From positions 5,014 through 69,013 of the IMG/VR virus record IMGVR_UViG_3300023296_001057: a stretch of 64,000 nt of DNA; one strand, 5' to 3'. Shown in pieces: positions 19,347 to 27,760 of this stretch (its first letter is position 1; each line of letters opens with the position of its first letter). Source of the DNA: a virus. The notes beneath the pieces are model-generated. The model was not told the origin of the DNA. It was given only the letters and a program-made list of their open reading frames with translations, and made no database searches. A program made the translations under genes and the position numbers.

Positions 19347-20068
19347 CTATTTTTAACTGTTATGTATCCGTTTTTTATATAAGTGGATACGATTTCATCA
19401 CGTAATTTCATATGATTTGATTTTCTCCATGATGAATTATTATCATTTCCATAATTGGAACCTTTGGATGGAAGCGAACCCCACAATTCAATATTATCTT
19501 CTGGATGTGGTGGCACAAATGTATCTACATCGCCTTCCAATTTAGCTAAAAACGATAATTGTATATCTTCTCCATTATCCCATGAGATTGGATTTTCTAC
19601 CCACATATACCGTAAATAATCTTTCTTCATAAACCAAGAATGTCCGACTAAATCAACTTTTTGTGGGACAGAATGGTGTGATCCATTCCATCCTATTTTA
19701 GTATGGGTTTGATAGTTATCTGAATTTAAATATATTCCAGTTGAACCTAAAATACCATCATATCCACTTTCAATAGTATCCAAGCAATTCTGGAACCATT
19801 GATTTCCAGGTATAGTATCATCATCAAAAAACGCTACATATTCGGTTTTAGTAAGCAACCCAAATGAAAATCTACCATGAAATTTAAAGTTATGATTCAA
19901 TGTAGCAACCTTTACATCTAATTCAGATAAATCAAATTGCGTTTCATCTTCTGGTTTATTATACCATATCCAAATATCAGTTGGTTTTATTGTTTGATTT
20001 TGTATTGCTTCAATTTGTTCCTTTAAGTATTGAGGGCGTTTATAACAATTTAATACTACTGTAATCAT
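19343..20068 (-). CDS. GT2-family glycosyltransferase
   Basis: ITVVLNCYKR, FFDDD, GEDI. Confidence 0.85.
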   Translation of the reverse strand: MITVVLNCYKRPQYLKEQIEAIQNQTIKPTDIWIWYNKPEDETQFDLSELDVKVATLNHNFKFHGRFSFGLLTKTEYVAFFDDDTIPGNQWFQNCLDTIESGYDGILGSTGIYLNSDNYQTHTKIGWNGSHHSVPQKVDLVGHSWFMKKDYLRYMWVENPISWDNGEDIQLSFLAKLEGDVDTFVPPHPEDNIELWGSLPSKGSNYGNDNNSSWRKSNHMKLRDEIVSTYIKNGYITVKNR

Positions 20069-21025
20069 TTATCTTTCAAAATCTATATATTTTTTATTTC
20101 CATTTGATGTTAAAATAACATCTACATCATCAAATTTATCCAATTTAGTTTTACCAATATATTTAAAATCATCTAACCATTCATAGATCAATCCATATGT
20201 ATCTGAAAATCCATAATAGGTTATTAAATTAGAACTATCTATATTTTTATAAATATGTACTATATTTTCAATTTCATTAATTTCTCGTAGTGTATGTAGT
20301 TTCATTCTTTTTTTTGAAAATAATATTACATCATTCCATCTTAATTTTTTAAATAGAGTATGATGATACAAATTGTCCAGATTATTAATATCATCATTAA
20401 TATCAACAAGTCCATCACATTGATATTCTTTCCCACTCTTTCTTTTAAATTCACCTAAAACATCACACGTATTATCAAACCCCTTTTTAGAAAATAATAC
20501 AACAGTGCGATGTCCACCTGCAACATTCCACTTTCCTAATACCACATATGGGAGATGAAAATGATTCAATAAATCATCTTCCGAGTTAAACAGAGATTTT
20601 TGAATTTTGAACCAATGATGATTATTTCTTGTACTTTCTGAAATATTTCCAGTATCAAATATTAAATATTTGGATCTTAATAATAACTTTAAAAAAACAT
20701 CATCTGCAGTTGCAAGACCATATTTTCCGAGAATGTGATGGTAAATACTTAAAAATAATGTACAGTCATTATAAACAATATCATTAGTTGTTATAATATT
20801 ACGTTTTTTAAAATGAAAATCGGATGGATAGTTAAGTCCATCAGCCAAATCAGTACCCATTACCGTTTTACCCAATTTATGTTGTAAGGGGTATGATATA
20901 TTCCCATTATTACAACCAACATCATATATAACATTTATATCGTTTGAATCTTGAATAAATTCAAAAACCATATTTTTTTTAAAATCACCGGTTCTTCTAT
21001 AATATGAACTGTTATCTATCATCAT
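20069..21025 (-). CDS. class I SAM-dependent methyltransferase domain protein
   Basis: YDVGCNNG, FLSIYHHI. Confidence 0.7.
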   Translation of the reverse strand: MMIDNSSYYRRTGDFKKNMVFEFIQDSNDINVIYDVGCNNGNISYPLQHKLGKTVMGTDLADGLNYPSDFHFKKRNIITTNDIVYNDCTLFLSIYHHILGKYGLATADDVFLKLLLRSKYLIFDTGNISESTRNNHHWFKIQKSLFNSEDDLLNHFHLPYVVLGKWNVAGGHRTVVLFSKKGFDNTCDVLGEFKRKSGKEYQCDGLVDINDDINNLDNLYHHTLFKKLRWNDVILFSKKRMKLHTLREINEIENIVHIYKNIDSSNLITYYGFSDTYGLIYEWLDDFKYIGKTKLDKFDDVDVILTSNGNKKYIDFER

Positions 21026-22014
21026 GTCTCCTTTAATATTGTATCCACAACTCGTTTTGACGTGATACCATCACCATATGGACACTCAATTTCAATATAT
21101 GGATTTTTTATCAGAATGTCAAATAAATCTTTAAGTTCATTAGGTCTATCACATAAATGTAAGTGTCCTGTATCAATTCCTTCGGGTCTTTCTGTAGTCT
21201 TTCTACATACAATAACTTTCTTATTAAAGAATGAACCCTCTTCCTGTAATCCACCGCTATCTGTTATTATTAATGATGCTGATTTGAGTACCTTAATGAA
21301 GTCATCGTGTTCCATAGGTTCTACTACGTTAACATTAGTTAATAAATTTTTATATTTAATAACATTTGGATTCGGGTGAATCGGTAGGACAAATTCTATA
21401 TGTGGATATTCTTTGGCAATATTATTAATTTCTTCAAACCACTGTTCTATCCAATGATGATTCTCCCGTCTGTGAAGTGTAATTAATACTTTATCTTCAT
21501 ATGTAGGCTTTCCATATTTAGTGAGGTTATCTAGTACTGAATTACCTACTACTTTGATATCACCGTGGACTTTTTCACTCCTCAAATTTTCTGCTGACAA
21601 TTCAGTTGGTGTGAAATTCACATCTGCTATTCGGGATATCATTTGTCTATACCCTTCTTCAGGATATGGATGTTTCATATTTCCGCTACGGAGTCCTGCC
21701 TCTAAGTAGTATATCTTTAATTCCCTATTAAAAGCGGATAGAGCACAACCAAAAGATGAACCTGTGTCACCCTGTACTAATACTGAATCAATCGTATAGT
21801 CATTTGGAAATTGTAACATACAAGAACTTATAATACTATCCAATCTATTAGCTGACCAGTTAGGTATTTTAATTTTATAATCTACTTCTATATTTTTTAG
21901 TAAATCAGGATGCTGTCCTGTAAATAGTAATTTATATTGAGAACTATCTAAAATCTCAATTAATGGTTTTACTTTCAACCATTCGGGCCTTGTACCAAAA
22001 CATATTAAAATCAT
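21022..22014 (-). CDS. wecB: UDP-N-acetylglucosamine 2-epimerase
   Basis: FGTRPE, TGQH, VQGDT, EAGLRS, PEE, HRREN, TDSGGLQEE, TERPE, PYGDG. Confidence 0.95.
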   Translation of the reverse strand: MILICFGTRPEWLKVKPLIEILDSSQYKLLFTGQHPDLLKNIEVDYKIKIPNWSANRLDSIISSCMLQFPNDYTIDSVLVQGDTGSSFGCALSAFNRELKIYYLEAGLRSGNMKHPYPEEGYRQMISRIADVNFTPTELSAENLRSEKVHGDIKVVGNSVLDNLTKYGKPTYEDKVLITLHRRENHHWIEQWFEEINNIAKEYPHIEFVLPIHPNPNVIKYKNLLTNVNVVEPMEHDDFIKVLKSASLIITDSGGLQEEGSFFNKKVIVCRKTTERPEGIDTGHLHLCDRPNELKDLFDILIKNPYIEIECPYGDGITSKRVVDTILKET

Positions 22015-22062
22015 AGTTTATATTTTTTAAAAAGAAATGTCATTTCTTTAGGGAGGAGTAGT

Positions 22063-22491
22063 TCAACTTAAATAGTCAAGAGCTTTCTTATATATTTCTG
22101 TTCTTGCATAATCATCTTCGTTAGGATTAGAAATTCTTTTTAAGTTTATGTTATCTTTCAAATCAGCTATTTTCACAATCTTCGCCAATCGGTTAGACTT
22201 TACATTACTTAAATATGACTTATAAGATGCTGATGGTTTCTTAGTTATTGCTTTAACCGCGAGTGAAACCTCTTTACCAAATACTTTTTCAATTTCCCTG
22301 ATATTTATCTTTGTATCTTCAACAATATCATGTAATAATGCTACAATTCCCAATGATTCAGGCTTAGCATTAAATCCGCCTACACCTTTGAAAACTCGTT
22401 TAATATGATTAAAGTAAGGACTTCCTCCCCTATCTCTATATCCACTATGTAATTTTTCTGCTAATTTATACGCTTTCTTTATGTCAGTCAT
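22063..22491 (-). CDS. HD-domain (SpoT/Mesh1-like) hydrolase
   Basis: H.G..D..G.PY..H, LLHDIVEDT, VKIADLKDN. Confidence 0.85.
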   Translation of the reverse strand: MTDIKKAYKLAEKLHSGYRDRGGSPYFNHIKRVFKGVGGFNAKPESLGIVALLHDIVEDTKINIREIEKVFGKEVSLAVKAITKKPSASYKSYLSNVKSNRLAKIVKIADLKDNINLKRISNPNEDDYARTEIYKKALDYLS

Positions 22492-22891
22492 TCACTTTTG
22501 AAATGTAGAACCAATTACTATTAATAACTTGGTATTTCCATTCTCCTTTAATTTTATTTATAAACTTATCAATAACACTTTCATAGAAAGAACCTTTTCT
22601 TTCAGTTGATGCCGAAAAGTAAAAGAAATCATAACCACTTTGGTTGATAAGTGCTATTGAACCTAAAAGTATTTTATTTATAACACTGAAAATAGACAAC
22701 CCCACAGGAAGTATATTATCATCATAAACACGAACATCATAACGTGATTCGTCATCTGTGGAATTCCAGTCTGCCCATAAAGAACTATTGAGTTCTTCTA
22801 CTTCTTTCAAATAATAGAACTCTAATTCTCTGCTTTCGGAAAGTTGAATTTCCCAAACGTGATTTTCGATATGTATTTTCTTACTTAACAT
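22484..22891 (-). CDS. hypothetical protein
   Basis: ORF directly behind a sigma70-type promoter. Confidence 0.6.
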   Translation of the reverse strand: MLSKKIHIENHVWEIQLSESRELEFYYLKEVEELNSSLWADWNSTDDESRYDVRVYDDNILPVGLSIFSVINKILLGSIALINQSGYDFFYFSASTERKGSFYESVIDKFINKIKGEWKYQVINSNWFYISKVND

Positions 22892-22900
22892 TACATATAT

Positions 22901-22929
22901 AGTATACCGATTTTTTATATAAAAGTCAA
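22901..22929 (-). promoter_or_regulatory. sigma70-type promoter
   Basis: TTGACT-N17-TATACT. Confidence 0.7.
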
Positions 22930-22933
22930 GGGA

Positions 22934-23640
22934 TTAATCAAAAAATATTGTATTATATTCAAATAATTCTCCATCAATTTCAAAACTTTCTCTGGTATTA
23001 CCGAAACTAAATAGTTTTTTAGATAGATTAGCATCAAACTTATCAATTTTTTCGGGCTTTGATCTCCATTTAGTATAAATACCATGTGCAGCCTCCTTAT
23101 ACTTCCATAGACGATCAGACATCACCTGTAGTTCCACGTCCATACCATTAATATTCAACTCAATATGGTGAGCCCCATAATATCCATAATTCGTTCATTA
23201 CCCCTTTTTTTATACTCATAATCAATAATATATTTACTTTGCTTTCTTCTAAAATCTTTAATAAAATCATTCATCTCATCGTAATCTTTGAAAAGAACTA
23301 CACCACGTATTATATCCCCTATTTGGGATAAGGATTTACCTCGTTTTATTACTTTATTTATAATGGAACTGATGGATTTTATCTGATGCATGAATTTGTA
23401 TTCCTGTGATGATCCTTTCTTAGGTAGACCTTTATCAACTATCTTATAAAATATATCTCTCGTATTAGATATTATTTCGCCGTTTTTATTAATAAGATTT
23501 GTTAAAATTTCAATATTCTCTTTCTTACTTCGCTTTCCTCTTAATGCAATAAACTTACGAACTTCTTTATCCATAAGTAAAGCATCATTCCGTTCACTAA
23601 TAAAAGTGGAATCTGGTAACAATTCAATTAGTTTTTTCAT
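22934..23640 (-). CDS. RelA/SpoT-like small alarmone synthetase domain protein (frameshift near 23189)
   Basis: joining the two ORFs gives IKS..S...K...DIIRG...YGYYGAHH...ELQV...AHGIY. Confidence 0.7.
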
Positions 23641-23649
23641 TACGATCAG

Positions 23650-24163
23650 TTGTAAACAATGCTACGTTCTACCATCAAACACCACCACCATAGAATCGTG
23701 CATTCCAGCTTTGCCCGTAACATATTCACCCTTCGTATTTACACCGCAAAATTTTATTCTCTTTTCTATGAATCGGATCTCTTTTTGGTTCGGCAATATA
23801 TGTCTGTGAAATAATTGAGTGCTTGTGCTTACAGGTAAAAGCATTACACATAATTTACCTTTCTTGCTTTCCTCTATTGCCTTAATTACGAACGCATCTT
23901 TAAGTTTTCTGCTATAAGGTGGGTTAATAAAATTTCGCTCCTTCCATTCTACATTTAAACCATCGTGCTTTTCAATATCGTTTTGATACGGGCAAGGGTC
24001 GTAGTTAAAATTAAATTCACCGTTCAATTCATCATAAAAGTATGGTGGTGTAGCCCAATCGTCTTTATGTGGTATATTTCTATTTTTCATAATTTATCTC
24101 TTTAAATCCGCACAGTTTACAACAATGTGTAAACGGCATTAAAACGACCGCTTACACTCAGCG
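23650..24163 (+). mobile_element. integron-type gene cassette 2 (Dam-like MTase, antisense)
   Basis: left core G|TTGTAAAC (23649-23657) is the exact reverse complement of GTTTACAAC in R'' (24115-24123); cassette ends at G|TTATAT. Confidence 0.78.
23662..24090 (-). CDS. phage-type DNA N6-adenine methyltransferase
   Basis: WATPP, F..DPC, DGL...W, FINPPYS, MLLP, F...RIKF. Confidence 0.9.
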   Translation of the reverse strand: MKNRNIPHKDDWATPPYFYDELNGEFNFNYDPCPYQNDIEKHDGLNVEWKERNFINPPYSRKLKDAFVIKAIEESKKGKLCVMLLPVSTSTQLFHRHILPNQKEIRFIEKRIKFCGVNTKGEYVTGKAGMHDSMVVVFDGRT

Positions 24164-24169
24164 TTATAT
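24117..24169 (+). repeat. attC-like recombination site, copy 2
   Basis: R'' TTACAAC ... R' GTTATAT; interior differs from copy 1 by one substitution and one A. Confidence 0.75.
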
Positions 24170-24179
24170 ATAATATATA

Positions 24180-24187
24180 TATAAGTA
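24180..24187 (-). promoter_or_regulatory. putative late promoter motif TACTTATA
   Basis: same TA(C/T)TTAT(A/T) motif is intergenic at 10267, 11549, 18628, 48418, 54725, 56453. Confidence 0.5.
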
Positions 24188-24235
24188 CTGAATTTTAAAA
24201 AATCCGGTACCAAAATATATTAAAATCATATCTTA

Positions 24236-24940
24236 TTACCAAATGCAAGTTTTATTTTCGGTTACTTTCTTATTCAAATATCCTCTATTATTTCCAACTA
24301 TCCAAGGATTTATAGTAGAACCAATATCTATGTATGTGTTATTTGGATTTACCATATGAAGTTGATGTGCTAATATATTCCCCAGTGGACCTGCTGAAAA
24401 AAGGAAAAGTTGATTATTCTTTGTTGCTTTTTCTTTCATCATTTCCAAAATTATTTTTAGTTCGGGATTAAACCAAGAACCAATTTGTATTGATATATAT
24501 TCATCTACTTTAAATGGAAGTTTCTTATTAATCCCTTTTTCATTTGCAACTAATGTAACATCACCTTCCCAATTATTAAATTCAATAAAAAAGTTATCTT
24601 TAAAAAATTCATAATTTGAATTTACAAAAAGATTTGCCCAGGTAACATTATCACAGACAACAGTATCCCGCATCCATTGTACATGATCTGTTGGCTGACA
24701 ACATGGACAACTGATTCCTACATAATACTCCTTGTTTCTATATAAAAAAGATTCCATTAATATCTGATATTCAAATTGGTGAAGATTAGGATTAAATGAC
24801 CATCCATCACAATTAGTAATTGGTTGATTACGTAAAACTTTATATTCACCATCGGCATATTTACTAAAAGAAAATGGTTCTTTATTTTGTAACTTATTAA
24901 AAAGAAAATGAAGATCTGTATGAAAAGATTTTGTTAGCAT
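24236..24940 (-). CDS. GT-D-like glycosyltransferase
   Basis: FSKYADGE, FLFSAGP, YIDIGS. Confidence 0.7.
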   Translation of the reverse strand: MLTKSFHTDLHFLFNKLQNKEPFSFSKYADGEYKVLRNQPITNCDGWSFNPNLHQFEYQILMESFLYRNKEYYVGISCPCCQPTDHVQWMRDTVVCDNVTWANLFVNSNYEFFKDNFFIEFNNWEGDVTLVANEKGINKKLPFKVDEYISIQIGSWFNPELKIILEMMKEKATKNNQLFLFSAGPLGNILAHQLHMVNPNNTYIDIGSTINPWIVGNNRGYLNKKVTENKTCIW

Positions 24941-25677
24941 TATAACGAATCGTAAAATTCATTTTGAGCTAATTGACGTTCTATCTCCTTATGATGGTAT
25001 AAACAATAATGCTCATCGGTTGGGAGAGCTGTAAACGTTGAATACCCAGTTATCTTTTCATGCACCTTACCTAACCATTGAACTTCTTTTGTGTTCTTAT
25101 ACAGTCTAGTTTGGTAATCAGGATGGTTGATTATAGGTATATAGTACTCTACCTCGTCTTCGTTTTCATTAATGATCAAATTATTTTCCTGTAATAATCG
25201 GTATTCATCACTTGTAAAATTCATTTCTTTTTTTGCGACGTGAGTTTCTAACTTTGATATCTTCCAATTCCATTTTTTTACATGAGTATACCCAAGTCCA
25301 TCTACTGTATTAATTCTTGGAATAAAAAATAAATCAATTTCATTATTTTCCTCTAACAGATTAGGTAGAATTTCAAGTAAATATTCATGTGGTATTTCAT
25401 CCGCATCTAACTGAAGTATATAATCACCTTTTGAATGTTGTTTTAGATTCGATTTAAACGTACCAAAGTCATCATTTAATGGAAATCCTACTACCTTAAT
25501 AGTATCATGTACGTTCTTTATCACATTTAAGTATTCCATTACCTCATCAGTAACGCCTGTTTTGTCATACTGAATAATGATTTCATCTTCGATTCGGATT
25601 CTAGGTTGTAAGAAATTTATTAAACTTGTAATTTCTTTAATTTCGTTTACTACGGTTATTGCGTATGATATAATCAT
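24940..25677 (-). CDS. GT2-family glycosyltransferase
   Basis: ISYAITV.NE, LQLDADE, PDYQ.R, KVHE. Confidence 0.85.
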   Translation of the reverse strand: MIISYAITVVNEIKEITSLINFLQPRIRIEDEIIIQYDKTGVTDEVMEYLNVIKNVHDTIKVVGFPLNDDFGTFKSNLKQHSKGDYILQLDADEIPHEYLLEILPNLLEENNEIDLFFIPRINTVDGLGYTHVKKWNWKISKLETHVAKKEMNFTSDEYRLLQENNLIINENEDEVEYYIPIINHPDYQTRLYKNTKEVQWLGKVHEKITGYSTFTALPTDEHYCLYHHKEIERQLAQNEFYDSL

Positions 25678-25679
25678 AA

Positions 25680-26186
25680 TTAAATATGTTTTGGTTTATC
25701 AACAAATCCTTCAATTTTATAACTTTGAAAATATTTTAAATATACTTCATTTTTTAAATTAACTTCTTTAATATATCGTATACCGTTCAATTTATATGTT
25801 CTGTATGTTTCTATATTAGTTTTATAAAAAGTGGAAGGTTTAATGTATCGTTCAAATAATTGTTTTCCTTTTTTATCACTTCGTCTTACGATATCATCTA
25901 ACGTTTTTATCTCATCTATTTTTTTGTTATTAATAGTTATTTTATCCAACCATTTGAAAAATACGTTTGGTCTTATATCATTTAACTTTAAACCATGTAC
26001 CAAATCACCATCTACACCAGAAACAAAAAGAAGAGCTTGTTCTACTCCCTGTAATTTTTGTATTTCATTATGTACAGTTTTATATAAAGTAATTCTATAT
26101 AATCTTCTTGGTAATATAGCATTCCGTGATATTCTCTTTTCCGATGATACGAATTTTTGATACTCTCTTGTATGATTAATTGCCAT
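25680..26186 (-). CDS. hypothetical basic protein
   Basis: HGLKLN ... YRTY motifs. Confidence 0.65.
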   Translation of the reverse strand: MAINHTREYQKFVSSEKRISRNAILPRRLYRITLYKTVHNEIQKLQGVEQALLFVSGVDGDLVHGLKLNDIRPNVFFKWLDKITINNKKIDEIKTLDDIVRRSDKKGKQLFERYIKPSTFYKTNIETYRTYKLNGIRYIKEVNLKNEVYLKYFQSYKIEGFVDKPKHI

Positions 26187-26191
26187 ATCTT

Positions 26192-27436
26192 TTAAAACTT
26201 AGGTAATTTGATTTCTTTGAACTCTGGCAAATTCACAAACTTTTTTAGTATAGTATCCAATTCAGTTGTCATATTATCCAATGAAAAGTTAGTACGATTA
26301 TATGATTTTATTTGATTTGATTTTGTTAACCAACTTTCATAATTCTTCCATACATCAAGTAGAGTTCCAGCAGCTTTACTATAATTTACGTTAAACCATT
26401 TTGATTCTTTAATGATAAATTTATTTACTGCAGATGGATCAACGTTCTTTAACTCACCTTCTAATTTAGCAAAATGCCCATCCTTTAAAAAGTCAAGATG
26501 TCCAGACCAATTTGATACTATGATAGGTTTTCCTGTAAAAGAAAATTCACATAATGGTCTACCATACCCTTCACCTTTAGTAAAACTAACCATTGTTTTT
26601 ACCTTTGAATCATAATATAAAGAACTCAATTCTTTTTCTTCTAAGTCACCATGTAGTAAATATACAGGTGGGCATTTCTCACCAAACTTATTTGTGATTT
26701 TTGTTATTCTTTTCCAAATTTCTTGTCTATCTAAAATTGAAAATCCTGCTTGTGAAGTTTTTAACACAAGAGCAGGTTGTTCTTTTTTTGGTAATGAGCT
26801 GAACACCGTGCAAAACGTTTCAATCATGCCTCCTACATCTTTTCTATCTTGTGTGTGTTTAGCGTTCAACCAATGACCTACAAATAGAAATACAAAATCT
26901 TCTTTAACTTCATCTAAAATAGAATGATTATATGATTTTGTAAATGTACTAGAAACTCCTTCAAACAAAACTTCAACAGGAACTTTTATTTTATGCTCTC
27001 TTATAACCTGTCCTGTTTGTTTATTGGTTTCGGAATAAACAGTAGATTCTAATACCTTTTTTGTAAATGTAGATGGTACGATTATTAAATCCATTCTATT
27101 ACACCCATCAATAAACTCTTTAGGTGCCAATGAAGATTCAGTGCCAGCTGTGATTCCAATATTATATTTCCCGATTTTCTGGAATTCATTTGGAACTGTA
27201 ATCTGTATAAATATATCAGGTTGTTCCTTTATAACTCCTGCATGTAATCTTTCTGTAACCCATTCTTTGAATTCTTGTTCATCATCCAGTGCATTTGTAG
27301 GTGTGTTTCCCCATTTTTGTGGAATGATTTTAATATTATACTTACCGATATCCCGTAAAGATTTTACTATATCTCTTGCATGGGCACCATAACCCGATAC
27401 TGTGTGTACTGGTGCTGATATTAATAATGATTTCAT
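26192..27436 (-). CDS. GT4/GT-B glycosyltransferase
   Basis: SGYGAHAR, RKD, GEGYGRPLCE, WSGHLDF. Confidence 0.88.
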   Translation of the reverse strand: MKSLLISAPVHTVSGYGAHARDIVKSLRDIGKYNIKIIPQKWGNTPTNALDDEQEFKEWVTERLHAGVIKEQPDIFIQITVPNEFQKIGKYNIGITAGTESSLAPKEFIDGCNRMDLIIVPSTFTKKVLESTVYSETNKQTGQVIREHKIKVPVEVLFEGVSSTFTKSYNHSILDEVKEDFVFLFVGHWLNAKHTQDRKDVGGMIETFCTVFSSLPKKEQPALVLKTSQAGFSILDRQEIWKRITKITNKFGEKCPPVYLLHGDLEEKELSSLYYDSKVKTMVSFTKGEGYGRPLCEFSFTGKPIIVSNWSGHLDFLKDGHFAKLEGELKNVDPSAVNKFIIKESKWFNVNYSKAAGTLLDVWKNYESWLTKSNQIKSYNRTNFSLDNMTTELDTILKKFVNLPEFKEIKLPKF

Positions 27437-27440
27437 TTAT

Positions 27441-27755
27441 TTACTTACCTTTATTTTTTTGATATTCCGTTCCCTTCTTAAACATATCAAGAAGAATTTC
27501 GTTCAATGGTTTAGTTTTATCCAATTCTAAGTTATCAAAATGATCTATCAATTTATGTTCTAATATTTCTGGTTTATATTTTAAATATAATTCTTCATAC
27601 GTTTCATCATATTTTTTTGACCATACCACTAAGTTCTTAGATTTTTCTCCGCTCATCTTATTCGCATAAAATGCTGAAAATTTATGAATTTCACTTTCTT
27701 CGATATCTGTAAGTGGGAATTTTTCTTTTATTTCTTCTGTTATTGTTGGTTTCAT
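27441..27755 (-). CDS. hypothetical protein
   Basis: ORF between glycosyltransferase genes. Confidence 0.6.
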   Translation of the reverse strand: MKPTITEEIKEKFPLTDIEESEIHKFSAFYANKMSGEKSKNLVVWSKKYDETYEELYLKYKPEILEHKLIDHFDNLELDKTKPLNEILLDMFKKGTEYQKNKGK

Positions 27756-27760
27756 AATTA

